Source of the DNA: Nitrosopumilaceae archaeon
GTDB lineage: Archaea > Thermoproteota > Nitrososphaeria > Nitrososphaerales > Nitrosopumilaceae
Direction: 5' to 3'
NCBI GenBank assembly: GCA_965214835.1
Contig: CBDCCK010000002.1
Coordinates: 704,001-768,000, forward strand
DNA length: 64,000 nucleotides
Both the position numbers and the translations under genes were made by a program. Below the pieces are notes generated by a model that had not been told where the DNA came from, did no database searches, and saw only the letters and a list, made by a program, of their open reading frames with translations. Below are positions 31,170 to 41,520 of the stretch, one piece after another (positions within the stretch are counted from its first letter, which is position 1; each line of letters opens with the position of its first letter).

Positions 31170-31718
31170 CTAACATTCGATAATATTTTCAAGTGACACC
31201 ATGGAATCCGCGAAATAAACCGTTTTGTGCCCCTTGAGGTGGTTCTTGAAATCATCCATGGATGCCCGATCCCGCGTCGCCACGATCAGTCCCCAGTCAG
31301 ATCCCGGGCTACCGCGCAGAACCGTCTCGGTCAAATCAAGGAACTTTTCATCCCCTCTGTCGCGCATCCGGCGGCGTCCATCCCCGCCGCCGGCATCGGT
31401 TTTTTTTATTGACAGGTGGATGTTGTCAAGGCCCGGCAGAGGAATCTTGTGTGTTAACATCTTGTCGATAAGAAAATCGATCTGGTTTGCTGTTCCCTTG
31501 AGGCGTTTTTTTGAAAGGCCCGTTTTGTAATCATGTATAACCGGACGGCTGATCCACAGCCTGACCATTTTGCCTTGAGGGGCATCCTTTGTGCGCTCCA
31601 ACACACCTCCAATCCATCCGAGTAGTACGGATTTCAGGTCTTTTTCCGAGCTATTCTTGGCAATGTCTATCAGAATATTAGTGTCAACGACTAGACCCAC
31701 ATTCTTTTTCGTTATCAT
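31170..31718 (-). CDS. PIN-domain nuclease
   Basis: VVDTNILI, D..D.KFL, IVATRD. Confidence 0.7.
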   Translation of the reverse strand: MITKKNVGLVVDTNILIDIAKNSSEKDLKSVLLGWIGGVLERTKDAPQGKMVRLWISRPVIHDYKTGLSKKRLKGTANQIDFLIDKMLTHKIPLPGLDNIHLSIKKTDAGGGDGRRRMRDRGDEKFLDLTETVLRGSPGSDWGLIVATRDRASMDDFKNHLKGHKTVYFADSMVSLENIIEC

Positions 31719-31719
31719 G

Positions 31720-32949
31720 TTATGCGGAAAACTCCCCTATCAGCGTGTCAAGGGCATCCTGAAAGAGCGGCTGCTCAGCCTCGCCCGATTCATCTGCATT
31801 GATCCGCCTTATCGTAGTAAGGCCAGAATCAGCGCGATCAAAATAGTACAGTCCCAGATCCGTGCGCCTGATTTTTTTCTTCCATACTAGGGCCAGCAGT
31901 TTTTTCACCACATAGTCGCTGTGTGTGGTAAAGATCAGATTGGCATTCTTTGCGCACGCGGCATTTTGCACCCATTCGATCATTTTTATCTGTTTTGACG
32001 GCTCCAGATGTGCCTCGGGCTCCTCTATGATCAATGTACCGCCGTCGTTGACGTGATTCATTCCGGCAGCAATCGGAAACGTCGCAACAGTTCCAGAACC
32101 TGCAGATTCCAGATCGGTGACAAATCCGACCGGATCCTCGTACGTTATTTGAGCTAATCCACTTGGCGTTTTTACGGTATCAATCGAGCCAGGAAATATA
32201 CCGGAGAACAGTGCTTGCGTGTCCTGAGCCAATCCGTCGGCGTGGGATGAGAGAATGATATCATAAAACTGTTCCAAATATTCTGAAATACCATGCAAAC
32301 GCGTAAAGCTTTGAATGCTTTTAGTCGATGGTTTTGTCGCCTTCATTGGTCTGTCTTCACCAGACATGCCCAACAGGTCACCAAGCAGCCTGTTGCGAAC
32401 GCGCATGATGCTGGTAAAAAACTGCATAGTGCCAGTCCTGCCAGCTGGAATATAGATACTTGTGCGCGTGTTTCTGGCCACGTGACGGAAATACAGAACC
32501 GACAGAAGAGCTAGTTTCTTGTTTGGTAATCGCCGCTTCCTGTGCAGCGTACGGGACAGAGTCTTTGCTCTGAACTTGATCTCAATGTGGCCTTTGTTTT
32601 GGCCGTGCGTTATGGCATCCGGATGCGGTAATCCGGCATTTTGCAGGATGGAATCAATGTAAGCGTTTTCAACATCAGCCGCCTTAGGTTGGACTGTCGG
32701 ATACCCGTATCGTTTCAGCTGAAGTTTTGCCGACCGCAGGGACGGTGTTGGTGTAGAGTTGATGGTGTGGATCAATCTTGACACTATAGATTTTCCAGAA
32801 TTGTTGGGGCCAAAAAAAACATTGATTTTGTTTTGTCGGACAACTCCGTCTTTTATCGGTCCTATGTTCTTGACCGTCAATTCTTGGAGTTTACGTGGTG
32901 GCTTTGAATTGCTCTCACTTGCAGAAAGCATCACATGACCTACGAGCAA
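31720..32949 (-). CDS. ABC/AAA_21-type ATPase (AbiEii/OLD-like)
   Basis: KNIGPI, GPNNSGKS, GSG, IIEEPEAHLEP, TTHSDY. Confidence 0.88.
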   Translation of the reverse strand: MLVGHVMLSASESNSKPPRKLQELTVKNIGPIKDGVVRQNKINVFFGPNNSGKSIVSRLIHTINSTPTPSLRSAKLQLKRYGYPTVQPKAADVENAYIDSILQNAGLPHPDAITHGQNKGHIEIKFRAKTLSRTLHRKRRLPNKKLALLSVLYFRHVARNTRTSIYIPAGRTGTMQFFTSIMRVRNRLLGDLLGMSGEDRPMKATKPSTKSIQSFTRLHGISEYLEQFYDIILSSHADGLAQDTQALFSGIFPGSIDTVKTPSGLAQITYEDPVGFVTDLESAGSGTVATFPIAAGMNHVNDGGTLIIEEPEAHLEPSKQIKMIEWVQNAACAKNANLIFTTHSDYVVKKLLALVWKKKIRRTDLGLYYFDRADSGLTTIRRINADESGEAEQPLFQDALDTLIGEFSA

Positions 32950-33437
32950 GATATCTATAATCTTTATTAGGATGGGTTCTAGACCTTATGCGTAATCGAC
33001 CGGATTGAAACATTCCGACGGCGGGCCGATCATGCATGCCAAGCCGGCAGACGCCGCGGTGTCCAACATATTTGATCAAATCCGCAACTATTTTCAGGCG
33101 ATTGGTTTAGATCCGGGATCCATTCCCGCAGTAGCGGCATGGCAGAATCCGAGGCCCAACTAGCACGACGGCTGAAAAGTGATCTCAGGCAGTGCAGAAA
33201 GGAGATTACACAGTACGAGAAAAGACACGAGAAGGATCAGAAGAAGATAGAGCAGCTGAGCCGGCAGACGGACACCGAACGCAGGATGTGGCCGGCCTCC
33301 GGAAACGATGACAGGCGTACAACGGAGAACGCCGCGTTCTTTCACAGTCGCGAGGTACTCGAGGACATAATCGGCGGTAAGCTGCTGCGTGCCACGACAT
33401 CTATGGACCGCACCCAGTTTGATTACATATCCGACCG

Positions 33438-33596
33438 TAGTGCGCACAGTTAAAATGAGATATTTTCTTATTAAAATAGGCACGATATGCCAAAATTATG
33501 TTGCAGTTTTTGATGCCACGGCAACTATTCGACAGTCAGAATTTCCGAGGAACACGATATGCCAAAATTATGTTGCAGTTTTTGATGCGTGTACTA
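33438..33596. mobile_element. M1 MITE expanded by a 72-bp insertion-duplication
   Basis: Inverted homolog of 8636-8723; 159 minus 72 is 87 bp. Confidence 0.8.
33481..33588. repeat. 36-bp repeat / 36-bp unique insert / 36-bp repeat
   Basis: cacgatatgccaaaattatgttgcagtttttgatgc at 33481-33516 and 33553-33588. Confidence 0.95.
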
Positions 33597-34238
33597 CGGT
33601 TCACAAGGCAGGCCCGGAAGCACACACGACATCAGCATGGTAAAGGACAATCCACCCCCTGACATGGGACTGCTGTCGGCTAGGATGCGCAGCAACAGAA
33701 GGCATACCAGAGGCGAGAAGGTAAAGATGTTAGCGAACCTGGGATGTCTTGGAATCAAGAAAATATATCCGGGCGTAATACTCAGGCAGCCCCACAAAAA
33801 GCCAAAGGGGGGCAAGCTTGGGAGCAGCACGCGCAGAACAGGAGGATAAGCGGCAAGAGGGTGACAGTCGAGCACGCCATAGGGCGCATCAAGCAGTACA
33901 GGCTGGTGTGCATCCCGTATGACGGGACTGCCGGCGAGTTTGACCGGGAGTTGGAGGTGATCACCGGGCTTGTCAACTTTAAGTTGCTGTGGGACAGGCG
34001 GCGCAAGAAGCTCAGGCTTGGATTCTGATACCACGATACGGAGTGCATTGCGGTGCCACGCGGTGCCGCACGACACTGCAGTTTTTGTCAGACATGTGGG
34101 TCCGTAACTGCGCGGTATGCGGCCTTTGCCGCCCTTGCATACGTCGCCTGATGCTGTCGGCCCTGCATGCATGATCGGCTTTCAAACATAATATTTCGAT
34201 CAGGTCGATTACACATAAGGTCTAATGCAAGGAACGCG

Positions 34239-34330
34239 TATAGTGGCGATTAAAGTTCTTGAGCACATGCGGGCATGAACTATGCATGGAGAGGCCCTTT
34301 GATGATCAAAGACATTCAACTGCCACCATA
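34239..34330. mobile_element. ~90-bp TA-flanked MITE (family M2)
   Basis: Imperfect TIR tagtggc / gccacca; homologous to ~8730-8807. Confidence 0.55.
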
Positions 34331-34345
34331 GGATCGGTCAACGAC

Positions 34346-35008
34346 TCAGCCTGTCACGGATAGTGGCAGAACATGCCTTGCAAGTCCGTCACGCCTGGAG
34401 ATGAACTTGGCAGAAAGCATGTCTCGCCTTCCCCTCTGGTTGTGGCTCTTGATTTTCATGGTGGTTCGCCTCTCATCAACAAGGTGAAGCTCAAATGCAG
34501 AGCAGTACCTAAGATTGAGCATGGCGCCTATCTCCCTGGCAATCCTCATCTTGCCGTTTCCAACCTTGACTATCTTCCTCTCAGCCCTCAAGCCGCCTAG
34601 TACCTCAATCATGTGAATCACAAGCTGCTCTACTGACGAGAAGACGGAGCTCTCAATTTCACGGCCATAGTATGACACGGACAGCCCGATGTGCTTTCCC
34701 GGGTCGACGCCGAGAACCAGGTTTGGATCCTCGAATCGGTTGTCAAGAATCCGGACAAGCAGTCCCCGGGTGACGGTCGGATGTTGATCAAAGACCTCCT
34801 CACGGATCAGGTGCGCGCTGCAGTCCTGGGGAGACTCCTCCATCGTCGTAAAGACTACGTTTCCGGCATAGCGAGGAATCTCTTGGGGCACTAGGGAGTC
34901 AAAGCGAAGGCCAAGCTGGCTTAGTGCCCTTGAGAACTTAAAGTAGGGCCTCCCATACGCGGTGGCAACTCCGATGCGGATAAGAGAGAGAGGATCCATG
35001 GCTTGCAA
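34346..35008 (-). CDS. RNase H-fold (YqgF/RuvC-like) protein
   Basis: VLGVDPGK..G, VGNG, LVDERRTT. Confidence 0.7.
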   Translation of the reverse strand: MQAMDPLSLIRIGVATAYGRPYFKFSRALSQLGLRFDSLVPQEIPRYAGNVVFTTMEESPQDCSAHLIREEVFDQHPTVTRGLLVRILDNRFEDPNLVLGVDPGKHIGLSVSYYGREIESSVFSSVEQLVIHMIEVLGGLRAERKIVKVGNGKMRIAREIGAMLNLRYCSAFELHLVDERRTTMKIKSHNQRGRRDMLSAKFISRRDGLARHVLPLSVTG

Positions 35009-35029
35009 GTCACAAGATGTGTTAAAGGT

Positions 35030-35362
35030 CTATGCCTTCAGGACTGTTGACACGACAGTGGCAACTGCCTCGTCAAAACTCGCATCGATTTTAGACTGGG
35101 TCTCGGACAGCCGCGATTGGCCTGCCTGGGCAATCTGTGACGCCTCGGACTCGGCCCTAGATTTTGCTGCGTTGATGATGGATTCGGCTTCCCGGGTCGC
35201 CATATCCCGGGTTTTTTGCCTAAGGGCGGCCAGTTCTGACTGGGTGGCAGAACTGATGGATTTTTGCACCTCAGACACCCTTGCGTTCAAGGAGTCAATG
35301 TCTTCCTCCAGGGACGACAGTGCCTTTACAATGCCTGTAACCTTTGATTCTGCTACGCTCAT
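35030..35362 (-). CDS. Coiled-coil protein resembling an A/V-ATPase peripheral stalk subunit
   Basis: EAESIINAAK..AE.EA..I pattern. Confidence 0.6.
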   Translation of the reverse strand: MSVAESKVTGIVKALSSLEEDIDSLNARVSEVQKSISSATQSELAALRQKTRDMATREAESIINAAKSRAESEASQIAQAGQSRLSETQSKIDASFDEAVATVVSTVLKA

Positions 35363-35412
35363 CTAGTCAAAATCCTCCCATCCCAATAATTAAACCTTCA
35401 ATCGGTCTTCAG

Positions 35413-35494
35413 GTGAGTTTACCCCTCCCCTGAGATACGGCGTGATCATGAAGGCTCCGGCCAGCAGTGTTGCCCAAGGGGTAAACTCTCTTAC
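35413..35494. mobile_element. 82-bp MITE of the 43948-45570 IS66 type
   Basis: GAGTTTACCCCT / AGGGGTAAACTC; 8-bp TSD gtcttcag. Confidence 0.88.
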
Positions 35495-35832
35495 GTCTTC
35501 AGACTCATGATCGCCTGGGCCAGATCTCCCTTTGACTCTGTCAGTGCCTCGATTGCCCTCTCCTTGTCGACGTTTGCCTGAAGACACACCAGCTCGATGT
35601 CGTCGTTGCGAAATATAGGCACCTCAAGCTCCCTTTCCTCGTAGCTTTCAGCGGCAACTGTAAAAATTGTACTGTCTTGCGCCTTCATTTCGGTAACGGA
35701 GGGATTTGAGATTATGATCTCCTTTTTGTCAGTCTTTATGATGACCTCCTGGACGTTCGGGAGCTCTTGCAGGTCAAGGCCCATCTTGTCCATCATTCTT
35801 CGCATTTGACGGTTGCCACCACCACGCATCAT
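35491..35832 (-). CDS. nac: Nascent polypeptide-associated complex protein
   Basis: RQMRRMM.KMG, V.EVIIK, UBA-like DIELV..QANV..GDLAQAI. Confidence 0.93.
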   Translation of the reverse strand: MMRGGGNRQMRRMMDKMGLDLQELPNVQEVIIKTDKKEIIISNPSVTEMKAQDSTIFTVAAESYEERELEVPIFRNDDIELVCLQANVDKERAIEALTESKGDLAQAIMSLKT

Positions 35833-36307
35833 ACTACTTTCTTACCCCCTATCTGACTTTTTAAACTATCCCTGACCCTCACTGCCACGCCCCTGTCAAA
35901 ATCACCCATCATCTCGGCAGACAGAACCGCCCTGCCCACGGCAATCACCCTGCCCCCGTACAAAACGGGAGTGTCGGCTGAAATTCTGACATTTTTGCCG
36001 CACCAGGTCACGTGCTTTGCAAAAACGGAGTATCCGTCCTCAACGAAGGGCCGGGCGTCCTTTGTGATCTCCACACAGTTGTCCCGGAACCTTTTGCTCT
36101 TGAGAAGCATCTGCGCAAGTTTTGGCGTGATTGCCAGGCCGCCGTCGATTCTCAAGGTGCAAAGCAGATCGCCCTTGTGAAACACGCTTTTGATTCGGCC
36201 GGTCTTTCTTGAAAACGTAAGCTCGATGTCCCTTGGCAGCTGTCTTGCTATGCCGTTTCCAAACAGCGCATCAATCGTCTGCCTGAGTTTTTCGACCGGC
36301 TCCAATG
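35829..36307 (-). CDS. PUA-domain protein (archaeosine TGT C-terminal-like)
   Basis: SRKTGRIK, G.SVFAKHV, AVGRA, GVAVRVR; start inferred. Confidence 0.85.
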
Positions 36308-36391
36308 GTTTCTGCAGTTCTTCTTTACATATTAGTCCAGTGCAAAGTGGCAAGGATCAATCTATATAGATCATTTCGAGTTCTATAGGAT

Positions 36392-37438
36392 GTGGAAGAA
36401 AGGGAAGAGACAAGAAAAATTCAATTTACCGGCAAGTCATCATACATAGTTTCCTTGCCTAAACAGTGGGTTATGGATTTGGGCCTAAAGCAGGGAGACC
36501 AGATCAGAATGCAGCGGCAGGGCTCTGCGGGGCTGCAGGTATACCCCGTCAAGCACCAGGCCGCGCCGAGGCAAAAGGAGGATGCCACCATTGAGATCGG
36601 GGCAGACGAGGAGACATCGACTGTCATCCGAAAGTTAATCTCGCTTTACTTTCTGGGATTCAAAACAGTCAACGTAAAGCCAAGGGGGGGAAGGCTCGGC
36701 CCCCAGCAAAGGACGGCCGTAAAAAACGCAGTCAAGAGGATGCTCATGGGATCTGAGATCATCGCAGACTCTACCGGCGGGATCACGATCCAGGTCCTGG
36801 TAAACCTCATGGAGCTCTCAATTGACGGCGCATTCAAGAGAATGATTCACCTGGCAAAGTCAATGCTGAGTGACGCCATTTTGGCAGTAAGGGAGGAAAA
36901 CATGGACTTGGCAGAGGAGGTCATCAACACGGATGACGAGGTAGACAGGTTTGGATTCTACATCATCAGGCAGATCAAGATTGCCATCCAAAACGAGCAC
37001 ATGCTAGAGGAGATGGGCCTGGATAGCGCCAGAAACTGCCTGGGATACAGGATTGTGGTAAAAAACATCGAAAGGACCGGAGACCATGCCGCCTTTATTG
37101 CAAGGGACGTGCTGGAGTTCAAAAAGGGCATCAACAATAAGATTCTTGACAGGATTCAGGACATGAACGACTTTGCCATAGGGGTCCTAGACGAGGCATG
37201 CCTGGCCCTGTTCAAGGGGGACTATATCCAGGCAGAGAAAACCATCACTAGGACACAGGACATCTCAAGGTTTGAAGGGAGGATTCTGGATGCGTCCAAG
37301 AACCTCAGGGACGAGGAGGCCCTGTTCAGGGTCAAGAGAATGACTGAAAACATCAAGAGAATCGCAGAATACGCAAGCGATATCGCAGAAATTGTACTCA
37401 ATATCAACATCGAAAAGGCGCTGCTAAAGAAACCCTAA
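36392..37438 (+). CDS. AbrB-PhoU phosphate uptake regulator
   Basis: RKIQ.TG.SSY.VSLPK.W; DDEVDR; IER.GDHA; RIAEY. Confidence 0.92.
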   Translation: MEEREETRKIQFTGKSSYIVSLPKQWVMDLGLKQGDQIRMQRQGSAGLQVYPVKHQAAPRQKEDATIEIGADEETSTVIRKLISLYFLGFKTVNVKPRGGRLGPQQRTAVKNAVKRMLMGSEIIADSTGGITIQVLVNLMELSIDGAFKRMIHLAKSMLSDAILAVREENMDLAEEVINTDDEVDRFGFYIIRQIKIAIQNEHMLEEMGLDSARNCLGYRIVVKNIERTGDHAAFIARDVLEFKKGINNKILDRIQDMNDFAIGVLDEACLALFKGDYIQAEKTITRTQDISRFEGRILDASKNLRDEEALFRVKRMTENIKRIAEYASDIAEIVLNINIEKALLKKP

Positions 37439-37463
37439 TCTTTGCCCCCTCCAGAGTCAACTC

Positions 37464-38072
37464 ATGACAATAATGGACGCGGGAGGCCTTCCGGACTGGG
37501 ACGCGTACTATAGGGAAAACGAGGTGCAGGCCATGCCTTGGTTTTCAGCAGAGCTTGACCCGGACGTCAGTGGGGCACTGGAGGGCCTGGGCGTCAGTGA
37601 GGGGGATCTTCTTGACCTGGGCTCAGGCCCGGGCACGCAGGCAGTAGAGCTTGCAAGGATGGGATTCAATGTGACGGGCTCGGATGTATCAGAGGCCGCC
37701 ATGAGAAAGGCCGCAGGGCTCGGGGATGCAAGCTTTGTAGTGGATGACATCCTAGATACAGGGCTTCCAGAGGACGGATTTGACCTGGTTTTGGACAGGG
37801 GGTGCTTTCATGTCTTTGGCCCAGACAGGCACGCAGGCTATCTGAACGGCGTAAAAAAAATCCTAAGGCAGGACGGGATTTTGCTCCTAAAGTGCATGAG
37901 CAAAAAGGAGACAAGCCTGCCCGAGGATCGGGGCCCCTACAGGTATGATGAGGAGGAGATCAGGAGGATCTTCTCAGGCTACTTTGACATACAGGATGCA
38001 AGGGATACGGTCTACTACTGTACAGTCGACCCCCTCCCGAGGGCGCTGTTTTTTGTAATGAGAAAAAGATAG
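37464..38072 (+). CDS. Class I SAM-dependent methyltransferase
   Basis: LDLGSGPG, FDLVLDRGCFH. Confidence 0.9.
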   Translation: MTIMDAGGLPDWDAYYRENEVQAMPWFSAELDPDVSGALEGLGVSEGDLLDLGSGPGTQAVELARMGFNVTGSDVSEAAMRKAAGLGDASFVVDDILDTGLPEDGFDLVLDRGCFHVFGPDRHAGYLNGVKKILRQDGILLLKCMSKKETSLPEDRGPYRYDEEEIRRIFSGYFDIQDARDTVYYCTVDPLPRALFFVMRKR

Positions 38073-38075
38073 AAG

Positions 38076-39200
38076 ATGAAGTCGTCCATTCTTATAACAT
38101 ATGACAACGAGGATGCCATAAACGAGGCGGCCGCACTGTGCGATGCGGCAGGATACAGGGTAGACCACATCATGAGGCAGGATCATCTTCTCAGGCCAAA
38201 GTACGGAATCAGCGAGGCGGTAATGGAGAGGCTCGAGCAGGCGGCACAGAAAATCAGTCCGGACGTAATAGTGTATGACGAGATTCTCAGGCCCAGCCAG
38301 AACTACAACCTGGCATCAAAGCTGCACAGGAACATCCTGGACCGGGAGTCGCTGATTTTGGAGATTTTTGAGAGCAGGGCATCGAGTGCGGAATCAAAGC
38401 TGCAGGTGAGGCTGGCACAGATGAGATACGAGATGGGCCGTGCAAAGGAAAAGGTCAGGCTGGCAAGGATGGGCGAGCAGCCGGGGTTCATGGGGATAGG
38501 AAAGTTCGAGGTTGACGCGTATCACGACGACATCAGGCACAGGATGCAGTCTGTCAAGAAAAAACTGGCAAAGGCAGGAAAGCAGAGGGAGCTTCACAGG
38601 GAGGGGAGGAAGAGGCAGGGATTCAAGACGATATCGCTTGCAGGGTACACGTCTGCAGGAAAGACTACGCTGTTCAACGCACTTACCGGAGAGCAGAAGG
38701 AGGAGGGTGCGGAGCTGTTCACCACGCTGTCCACGACGATACGAAGACTGGAGATCGGAGGTAATGCGTTTTTGGTCTCAGATACGGTGGGCTTTATCAG
38801 CAAGCTTCCCGCATACATGATTGACGCGTTCAGATCGACCCTGGAGGAGCTGCTTTACTCGGACGTTGTAATCGTGGTAATCGATGTAAGCGACACCGTT
38901 ACCCGCCTGAGGGAGAAGTTCCGCAGCTGTAAGAGGACGATAAGTGACCTAGGGGTGGATGGGGGCCGGATAATCCTTGCGCTAAACAAGTCGGATCTGA
39001 CAGACCCGGAGGACATCAGGGACAAGATCGGGGAGCTGGGACTGGACGGGGCAAAAAAATGCATTGCAGTCTCAGCTGAGACCGGGGACAATCTGGAGGA
39101 GCTAAAAACGCTGGTCAGGGATGTGATTCTCACGCAGGATCCCGGTTCCGAAAAGCCGGACGGAAAATCATCCGAGTCAGGGGACGCCTATGGAAATTGA
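38076..39200 (+). CDS. hflX: GTPase HflX
   Basis: [31 protein letters not shown]. Confidence 0.95.
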   Translation: MKSSILITYDNEDAINEAAALCDAAGYRVDHIMRQDHLLRPKYGISEAVMERLEQAAQKISPDVIVYDEILRPSQNYNLASKLHRNILDRESLILEIFESRASSAESKLQVRLAQMRYEMGRAKEKVRLARMGEQPGFMGIGKFEVDAYHDDIRHRMQSVKKKLAKAGKQRELHREGRKRQGFKTISLAGYTSAGKTTLFNALTGEQKEEGAELFTTLSTTIRRLEIGGNAFLVSDTVGFISKLPAYMIDAFRSTLEELLYSDVVIVVIDVSDTVTRLREKFRSCKRTISDLGVDGGRIILALNKSDLTDPEDIRDKIGELGLDGAKKCIAVSAETGDNLEELKTLVRDVILTQDPGSEKPDGKSSESGDAYGN

Positions 39201-39747
39201 GGTCTTGAGGATAGGGCAGAGGGTGGTCCGGGACGACAGGGTGACCACGCATGTTGCGCTGGTAGCCAGGGCATTTGGCGCATCGCGCATCTACATGAAT
39301 GAGGTCAATCCGGAGATCAAGGACACCATCAAAAAAATCAACGAGACATGGGGGGGTGGCTTTGAGATAATCATGATAAACAGCTGGAGGAGGACCCTCA
39401 AGGAAAAACTCGGGGAGGGATTCATTGCGGTACACCTGACAATGTACGGGGAGCCGGTACACAAGATGGGCAGGAAGATTTCAGTGGAGGACAAAATCCT
39501 AGTCGTCGTAGGTGCAAAAAAGACTCCAAGGGAGGTCTATGAGCTATCAAGATATAACGTCGCAGTTGCAAGCCAGCCCCACTCTGAGATCGGCGCGCTG
39601 GCAGTACTGCTTGACAGGATCCAGGACGGCAGGCAGTTTGAAAAGAGGTTCGGCGGTGCAAAAAGGATTATTGTGCCCACAAACCGCGGCAAAAACGTCA
39701 GGGTAGACCAGTCTTCCCAGAATGCCCCACAGGGCGGCCAAGATTGA
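39190..39747 (+). CDS. tRNA (cytidine56-2'-O)-methyltransferase aTrm56
   Basis: [30 protein letters not shown]. Confidence 0.95.
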   Translation: MEIEVLRIGQRVVRDDRVTTHVALVARAFGASRIYMNEVNPEIKDTIKKINETWGGGFEIIMINSWRRTLKEKLGEGFIAVHLTMYGEPVHKMGRKISVEDKILVVVGAKKTPREVYELSRYNVAVASQPHSEIGALAVLLDRIQDGRQFEKRFGGAKRIIVPTNRGKNVRVDQSSQNAPQGGQD

Positions 39748-40027
39748 CACAATTCGGATTGGGCGGCCTGCAGATCCGCACGCCGCTGCCTGCAGCCACG
39801 AGTCAGGCACGTGTGGGAGGGGGGGATGTATGATTTTGGCTATCATGCACCCTGCCGTTTAGGGCGAGGTGGCCTAGTACGCCGAAAGGTAAGAGCTTGC
39901 CCCATATGCGGCACTGCCAGCCAAGGCCTTGATCACCATTCCACCACGCCGTGTATTCGGGGGGACAGACCCCCATCACTACAAGTGAAAAAAGGGATTA
40001 ATACAGGATGCGGGAAAGGGAGGACAG

Positions 40028-40543
40028 TTGGTTGACAAGTACGAGGATCCCTTTGTGAGGATCTCTGCCATGATTGGGGGCGACGAGTATCTCAAGGTTG
40101 CAAGATCACTGCTAAAGGCGGAGGATGCCACAGACGAGGAGATTGCAAGCTCCACCGGCCTTAGGATCAACATGGTAAGAAAGGTCCTCTACGACCTCTT
40201 TGGCAAGTCGCTGATTACCGGAATCAGGGTAAAAGACGAGCGAAAGGGGTGGTTCGTCTACAGGTGGAGGACCAGGAGGGAGGAGGTCGAGAACTTTATC
40301 GAAAACCAGAAGAAAAAGATCACAGAGAGGCTCCAACAGAGGCTGGACTACGAGGAGTCCTCGGAGTTTTATCACTGCGGGAACGAGGACTGCGCAAGGG
40401 TGACGTTTGAGGCTGCACTGGAGGACATGTTCAAGTGTACCTCGTGCGGAAAGATTCTGAACCTCAAAAAGAATGAAAGGTCCAAAAAGGCGTACCGCAA
40501 AAAGATCGACGAGATCAAAAAGGATATGCAGCAGATATTCTAG
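40028..40543 (+). CDS. tfe: Transcription factor E
   Basis: TDEEIA, VRKVLY, GWFVYRW, zinc ribbon FKCTSCG. Confidence 0.95.
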   Translation: MVDKYEDPFVRISAMIGGDEYLKVARSLLKAEDATDEEIASSTGLRINMVRKVLYDLFGKSLITGIRVKDERKGWFVYRWRTRREEVENFIENQKKKITERLQQRLDYEESSEFYHCGNEDCARVTFEAALEDMFKCTSCGKILNLKKNERSKKAYRKKIDEIKKDMQQIF

Positions 40544-40610
40544 CTCTGGGCAAAGGCTGTTTTGCGACTATAATCCCATGCAACAAGCGGCGCAATGGAT
40601 CATATTATTA

Positions 40611-40688
40611 GACTTTATGCGTAATCGACCTGAATGAGATGAATTTATTCCTAATAATCCTGGATCTGAACCGATTACGCATAAAGTC
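40611..40688. mobile_element. 78-bp MITE of the IS5/ISL2-like family
   Basis: Perfect 17-bp TIR GACTTTATGCGTAATCG, TA flanks. Confidence 0.92.
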
Positions 40689-40715
40689 TAATAAAGCCAA
40701 AGTCTAAAACAAGCC

Positions 40716-41453
40716 ATGACTTCGTTCAAGATGGCTGCAATCAAGGTTCTGAGAAAGTCAAAGGAGCCGCTTCACTATCAAGAAATCACCAAGATGGCAA
40801 TTGATCAAAACCTCATTGAAACATCTGGCGCGACACCCGAGGCCACAATGAATGCCCAGATTGCAGTGGACATAAAGTACAAGAAGGACAGGTCAGCATT
40901 CATTAAAACCAGGCCCGGAATATTCAAACTAAACCCAAAATACACACACGAAGAACAGATGCAGGAAGAAAAGACGGAAATTTTAGATGCTGGAGAAAGA
41001 GAGGCCGAAACAAAACATTCCCAATTTATTGGAAAAGCTGGGGAGCATCTTGTTGTCAGCAAGCTACTCTTCCAAGAGTTTAATGCAAACATCATGAGTG
41101 TTGATGAGGGGATAGACGTCGTAGCCACAAAGGGTGACCGTGTATACAACATTCAAGTAAAGACTGCAAATGAAAAACATGGAAAATACATCACAGACAT
41201 AAGCATCAGCTCGTATCAGAAACACAATAACTCCAATACATTCTACATATTTGTGCTCAGAGGAAAAGAGGAAAAATTTATGATTCTCCCATTTAATGAA
41301 ATTCAAAAAAACATCGACCAGAAAAACATCCTGGTGGTCAACCGTGGAAAAAGATACAGGGTCAATTTTAGGCTAAAAGGCGGCAAAATCTACATCGGGA
41401 ACCTAGATAACGACGCCACGTATTTTGAAAACAACTGGGAGTCAATTAGGTAG
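40716..41453 (+). CDS. HARE-HTH + PD-(D/E)XK nuclease (restriction-like)
   Basis: EPLHYQEI..GATPEATM; GKAGE..V, DEGID, IQVKT. Confidence 0.85.
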   Translation: MTSFKMAAIKVLRKSKEPLHYQEITKMAIDQNLIETSGATPEATMNAQIAVDIKYKKDRSAFIKTRPGIFKLNPKYTHEEQMQEEKTEILDAGEREAETKHSQFIGKAGEHLVVSKLLFQEFNANIMSVDEGIDVVATKGDRVYNIQVKTANEKHGKYITDISISSYQKHNNSNTFYIFVLRGKEEKFMILPFNEIQKNIDQKNILVVNRGKRYRVNFRLKGGKIYIGNLDNDATYFENNWESIR

Positions 41454-41520
41454 CTTGTCCTATCCTTTCAGTGTATCTCCAAGGGTATTGCCCGACCCGT
41501 CTGAGGATGGTCCGAAGCAA

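Larger units (their letters stand above)
32982..34222 (+). mobile_element. Degenerate IS5/ISL2-like element (family A) with internal deletion and MITE
   Basis: TIRs as in A1/A2 with TA flanks; transposase fragments at 33139-33437 and ~33600-34028. Confidence 0.85.

Noticed and set aside
13492-33588. Calling the two repeat-spacer-repeat units CRISPR arrays
   Set aside because: Only two repeats each, the repeats are ordinary IS/MITE sequence unrelated to each other, and no cas genes or leader are visible; reported as insertion scars instead
39760-39990. GC-rich spacer between aTrm56 and tfe as an RNA gene
   Set aside because: Some hairpins, but no tRNA, RNase P or SRP hallmark recognised; needs an Infernal search
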